Shown here: positions 8,511 through 12,563 of the stretch, in pieces | Numbering within the stretch: position 1 is the stretch's first letter | How the letters are laid out: every line of letters begins with the position of its first letter | From: Trichonephila clavata | Lineage: Eukaryota | Reading direction: 5' to 3' | NCBI GenBank assembly: GCA_019973975.1 | Contig: BMAO01019611.1 | Span: forward strand, 1-12,563 | Length of the DNA: 12,563 nt | The notes under the pieces: model-generated | Databases searched by the model: none | The model's input: only the letters and a program-made list of their open reading frames with translations | Told to the model about the DNA's origin: nothing | Program-made: the position numbers and the translations under genes

Positions 8511-8660
8511 ATCCATTGGGCGCCCAGGGGCCCTGAGAGACCCGGATAAGCTGGACTTAACCAGATTTTCTGGTTATAAATTTCGATCCTTCAGTGCCAA
8601 GGGAGAACCTGTAGATGTTCTGCGCCCAGGGCCCGAAATGAGCTTAAATCGGCACTGAAA
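8511..8660. other. Locally GC-rich island of about 150 bp. It carries the duplicated 13-mer GCGCCCAGGG(G)CCC at 8520-8533 and 8622-8634, the small palindrome CCAGATTTTCTGG, and the inverted 8-mers TCAGTGCC / GGCACTGA at 8590-8597 and 8651-8658
   Basis: Seen in sequence. Its identity is unknown; it might be a small non-autonomous element or a SINE-like fragment. Confidence 0.3.
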
Positions 8661-9039
8661 AAACCAATTCTCCTAACTTCCTCACCACTCCACTGAGGTT
8701 TTGGGGATGAGTTTCATATAACATGCAGCAACCTTCATTGCACCAAATATTTGGTGAAATAATTCATAGAAACCAAGGCGGGTCTTTCGACGATGTAGTT
8801 CCACTTAATGGACAAGTTCTATTTTGTAAACAACAACATTGAGTGGAACCCTCACTTACTTCCGGTGTAATGTTAATCTATCGGAAAACATCGAAATTCA
8901 ACTGAGTTTTTCAAACTTTTAATGCAAGTTTTGGAAACTTTTTTGCACTATATGGATAGAAGATGATCTGTAGATTTCAGATTCAGGATTTTATAGTATT
9001 TATTTCAGTATCTTTTCTAAAATACCTTGTTAATTTTTT

Positions 9040-10700
9040 AGCTCAAAGCAATGGAGATTTTGCCTGAACCGGAAGAAGAAAAGGGTACTAAAATGACTGC
9101 AGCGCCCCCATAGTAAGCTTTATGGTCAAACTTGTCCATAGAGTGAGCAGAGTAAAAAAAAATTACATCTGCATGGTTCATCACTTTCCACATTTGTTGA
9201 AGCTCCAGCACGTTTAAAAGTACGGGCATTATCCGATATCACCATGGAACACAAACCTCGTCGAGCAATAAAACGTCGAAAAGGAAGAAGAAATGTGTCA
9301 GTAGTCATATTACCGACCAGCTCTAAATGAACCCTTCTTGTTACTTCACAAGTAATTAACAGTATATATTGTTTGGCATCACTGTTTTGACGAATAATGG
9401 TCCTGCAAAATCAATCCCTACAACTGAAAAGGGGGGGGGGATTCTGTTACGCGGACGTCTAGAAGAGGAGCGATAACTTGATTTCCTGGATTAGAGTTAA
9501 ATCTTTTACAAATAATGCACTTTTTTGGGAGAGACTTTATAGTCTGACGAGCTTTCAAAATCCAGTATTTCTCTCTCACCTGCACCAATGTGTGAGATAC
9601 ACCAGAATGAAATACTCTTTTATGTGACTCCCAAATTAACAATTCAGTTAACGTAGACTTGGAAAGAAGAATAATAGGATGTTTCTCATTCGCTGATAAA
9701 TAAGTAGTTTTTCCTAGTCTTCCTGTGACTCTCAGAACACCGTTGTGATCAAGGATGGGGTTCAAACACAATAACTTGGAATCTTTTTGTAAAGATTTAT
9801 CACTCTTCAAGCAAGTAATTTCCCTGGAGTAAAAATCATTTTGAATTACTTTCACCCAAAATATTTCTGCTTTGGAGAGTTCTTCCCTTTTCGAAGTCTT
9901 TCCTTCTGCGAAAAATATAAGCCGTAACTCTTAGCAGTTTAAGAAAACTACTATATTTGTCTGGATCGACAATTTTCTCGTGAGTTATTGTTAAGTTGAC
10001 AATAAGACTGAATTTCAACTCAACAGTTTCAGAATCTATTGATTCAAATCCTTTTAATTTGGGCCAAAGGTTTTCAGAATCTTTTAAACATTCAGGACCG
10101 TGCCACCATTCTTCGAAATTTATAAGCTCTCTGCTAATTATGCCTTTAGTCAATAAGTCAGCAGGGTTTTGTTTACTACTGCAATGCCTCCAAGATACAG
10201 GGTCTGTGTTTTCTTTAATTTCTGAGATTCTATTGGAAACGAAAGGTATAAATTTGGATCCTGAGCCGTTAATCCAATATGGCACAATCCCCGAGTCACT
10301 CCACAGTATTATTCTTTTAATATCCTTGAAAAATCTCTTAAGATATTTCACTAATCTAGCAGCAATTACAGCACCCATTAATTCTAACCTAGAAAGAGAT
10401 CTTTTTAATACAAATAACGAATCTAGTATTAAAATTGTTATCAGAAATTTTATATCTTAAGTAGGCCACAGCTCCAAAAGATTTAGGTGAAGCATCCGAA
10501 AATACATGTAACTGTAAATCATTTCTATTAATTAAATTTGTGGGGGAATAGTAGTATCGCGGAATCTTTAAATTTTGCAAATGTTCAATTTTTTTACACT
10601 TTTCTATAACCCCTTGTTTTATTTGTTCTTTCATAACCGAATTTTTCCTCTCAAATAATACTTCAAAATGTTTTAATCCGGAAGCAGGCACGCACACGAT
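9040..10700 (-). pseudogene. pol: BEL/Pao-family LTR-retrotransposon pol fragment: RT-RNase H junction (LQLHVFSDASPKSFGAVAYLRY), RNase H (WSDS..VPYWI ... NPADLLTKG), integrase HHCC (HPIILLSKSTLTELLIWESHKRVFHSGV ... CIICKRF) and the start of the integrase core (GIDFAGP ... FIARRGLCSMVISDNARTFK). It is truncated on both sides and frameshifted
   Basis: Motifs read from the minus-strand ORFs 10389-10748, 9836-10378, 9418-9855, 9126-9308 and 9038-9229. One frame break coincides with the C10 homopolymer (plus-strand G10 at 9431-9440). Confidence 0.8.
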
Positions 10701-10732
10701 ACTAACGTTAATGGTCGCGCGGAATGACTGAG

Positions 10733-10746
10733 TCTCTCTCTCTCTC
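10733..10746. repeat. (TC)7 microsatellite at the upstream (protein-N-terminal) truncation point of the BEL/Pao fragment
   Basis: Seen in sequence. Confidence 0.85.
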
Positions 10747-11863
10747 ACACCCCAATCTTTTTTTTAAATTATTTTTACTATACACGATAAAAATCACAAT
10801 TCTAGCAAATAATTTAAGTAAGAGAAAGCATACTTACCTACTTTCAAAGACTTTTCAATTTTTGTTTGATAATTTGAGAAAAAATCCAATAAAACTGAAT
10901 TTAAACGTGCGAGACCTTATTAAAGGACGCAAATCACTGCCACTTTTCGCTAACACTATAGGAACGTCATTTCAATGCATTTTTATTTTCATTTCATGTT
11001 CATCGCTTTTTCTGAGATTTTGTGAAGAAACGTTTGCCACTCCGAAAAAAGAGGGAGATATGTGACAAATACATTAAAGTTCCTCTGAAGATTGTCATAT
11101 AGGTGGATACTGTCAAGGTCATTGGTCAAATTTTAAAATATAAATTTAGACAAAAATTTAATCCCGGGTTTTCGTGATTGGAAAAACACCAGGATCCCGG
11201 GCTGCAAACCCTAACCCAAAGAAAAGTCGTGAATATGGCGAAGTGGATAGCAGTCAGACACAGTAGATCACCGAAAAACTCCTCATATCCTCGAATCTTT
11301 ATATTTTTCTTTTTAACAAAATGAAAAGTCACTTTATGTCATTCACTCTATAAGGATCTACTCCAATTAAATTTCTTTTAAAAGTAGCCCAAATTATAAA
11401 AATATTGAAAGAGTAAAAGGAGACAAATACTGGAGAAGGAGCAGGAGGAGCAGTTTCACTGGGTGGGCTGAGCCTCCCAGTGATTTGATTGGCTGATCCA
11501 TTCAATCCTATCGGTGGGCGTGGAAAATACAGATGGCACGTTCGGAGTGAACGGCATATGTTGTAAGAAACCAGAGAAAAGAAAAACTACGTGAAACAGA
11601 AAAATAATTTAGAAAAAAGTATTTTTATTTTGGAACCATCTTGCTCAATTGCCAGCTAACAGCTATGAATTAGAATAAAAAGGAGTATCGCGAACGGGCG
11701 CCATGTCAGCTCGCGATGAAGGGAGAGTTGATTTACGGGGAATGAAGTCATTTACAAAATGAAAAATAATAAAATGAGATACTGATATAATTAAACAAAA
11801 GAGGTCCCGTGCTACCATCTGGTGGCCGGGGAAAGAGACGGAAGATGATCCAAGCGCAAAATT

Positions 11864-11890
11864 GAATCGAAGGGGACACCCTCTCGATTC
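11864..11890. other. Small hairpin gaatcgaagggg-acac-cctctcgattc (about 11-bp stem with one mismatch)
   Basis: Inverted repeat seen in sequence. Function is unknown. Confidence 0.3.
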
Positions 11891-12026
11891 ATGGCCGCGC
11901 CAAATCATGCTTCATAAAATAGTTTAACCGTGACTCCCAGCACGGCGCTATGATAAATACAAGAGTAATTGGGAGTTTAAGCATTAAAAAATAATGACAT
12001 AAGAAAAAATTTACTATTAAAAAAAA

Positions 12027-12563
12027 TTTTTTTTTAAAGTTCCCATTTGCATTTCTGGTGAATTACACCCTGAGCCGTTTGGCGTAGGGGAAATTCACGA
12101 AATGCTGGTCGAGAAGAGCTCTTGGTCTTTTGAGCGAGGAAGGCACTGGTGGGTCATATGCAGGCTGATTTTGTATAAGTTCATTGGGAATTTGTGGTAT
12201 TTTAACAAAGAAACGTTTTGAAACATTTTGTATGTAAGGAAGAGTGGGTTGCACTTTTAAATCACGGTAAATGACTTCATTCCTAACATACCAGGGAGCA
12301 TTCACTATCTGTCTCAAAATAGAGTTAGAAAGTGTGTGCAGTTTACGGATGTGATACATGCCGGAGGAGCCCCAGATGGGGGAACCGTACAGCATGATCG
12401 GTCTGATGATTGAGTTAAAGAGCAAAACATTGTGCCTGATCGCTAGTTTGCTCTTCTTAGAGAGTAGCTGTTTCAGCATACTATGAACAATGTTCGCCTT
12501 TCAGCGAGCTTGTTCGATATGATGGGCAAAAGTTAATTTTGCGTCTAAAAACAACCCTAGGTA
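12027..12563 (-). mobile_element. 3' end of a jockey-clade non-LTR (LINE) retrotransposon. It holds the RT C-terminal thumb (YLGLFLDAKLTFAHHIEQAR*KANIVHSMLKQLL ... IRPIMLYGSPIWG ... NAPWYVRNEVIYRDL), stop at 12063-12065, a 27-nt 3' UTR and an A9 tail (plus-strand T9 at 12027-12035). It extends beyond the window end and is a pseudogene, with an in-frame stop near 12495
   Basis: Translation of minus-strand ORF 12063-12479 plus my own translation of 12480-12563. APWYVRN and LYGS..WG are hallmark jockey/I-type RT C-terminal motifs. Confidence 0.8.

Noticed and set aside
9996-10460. ORF 9996-10460 (+), 154 aa
   Set aside because: It is antisense to the clearly homologous BEL/Pao RNase H and integrase reading frame.
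10724-11908. ORFs 10724-11065 (+), 11126-11332 (-), 11663-11908 (-)
   Set aside because: No recognisable motifs, low complexity, and a start immediately at a microsatellite. I could not support any coding assignment.
1-12563. Prokaryotic operon or defence-system interpretation of the window
   Set aside because: No Shine-Dalgarno-led operon structure. The content is CCHC Gag, retroviral-type integrase, BEL/Pao RNase H, jockey-type LINE RT with poly(A), TATA/Inr promoters and 145-bp satellite. The sequence is clearly an animal nuclear genome.

Overview
This window is eukaryotic, not prokaryotic. It is AT-rich, has no operon-like gene organisation, and consists of retroelement debris plus satellite-like DNA. 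The lineage is probably arthropod or insect. The evidence for that is a jockey-clade LINE RT C-terminus carrying the APWYVRN motif, BEL/Pao and Ty3/gypsy fragments, and a TATA + TCAGT initiator core promoter. The window contains four main things.

1. Positions 1 to about 3960 form one large near-perfect palindrome. Its axis lies at about 1794-1800. Each arm is a tandem array of a roughly 145-bp satellite-like unit: at least 7.5 copies on the left (cut by the window edge) and about 10 on the right, degenerating outward. The arrays flank a roughly 1.37-kb palindromic core. Each half of that core is a roughly 590-bp segment B bracketed by perfect 53-bp direct repeats A. The two innermost A copies form a roughly 113-bp perfect hairpin at the axis. 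This is a foldback (FB)-like architecture with no coding capacity.
2. Positions 4212-6762 (+) hold a frameshifted Ty3/gypsy-type gag (capsid plus two CCHC knuckles) joined directly to integrase (HHCC, DDE core, GPY/F). Protease, RT and RNase H are missing. An arthropod-type TATA/Inr promoter with upstream TTGGC arrays follows at 7160-7356.
3. Positions about 9040-10700 (-) hold a degraded BEL/Pao pol fragment covering RNase H and the integrase N-terminus. One frame break sits at a C10 homopolymer.
4. Positions 12027-12563 (-) hold the 3' end of a jockey-like LINE: RT C-terminus with an internal stop, a 27-nt 3' UTR and an A9 tail. It continues past the window.

I see no intact protein-coding host gene. 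The palindrome is the most unusual object in the window.
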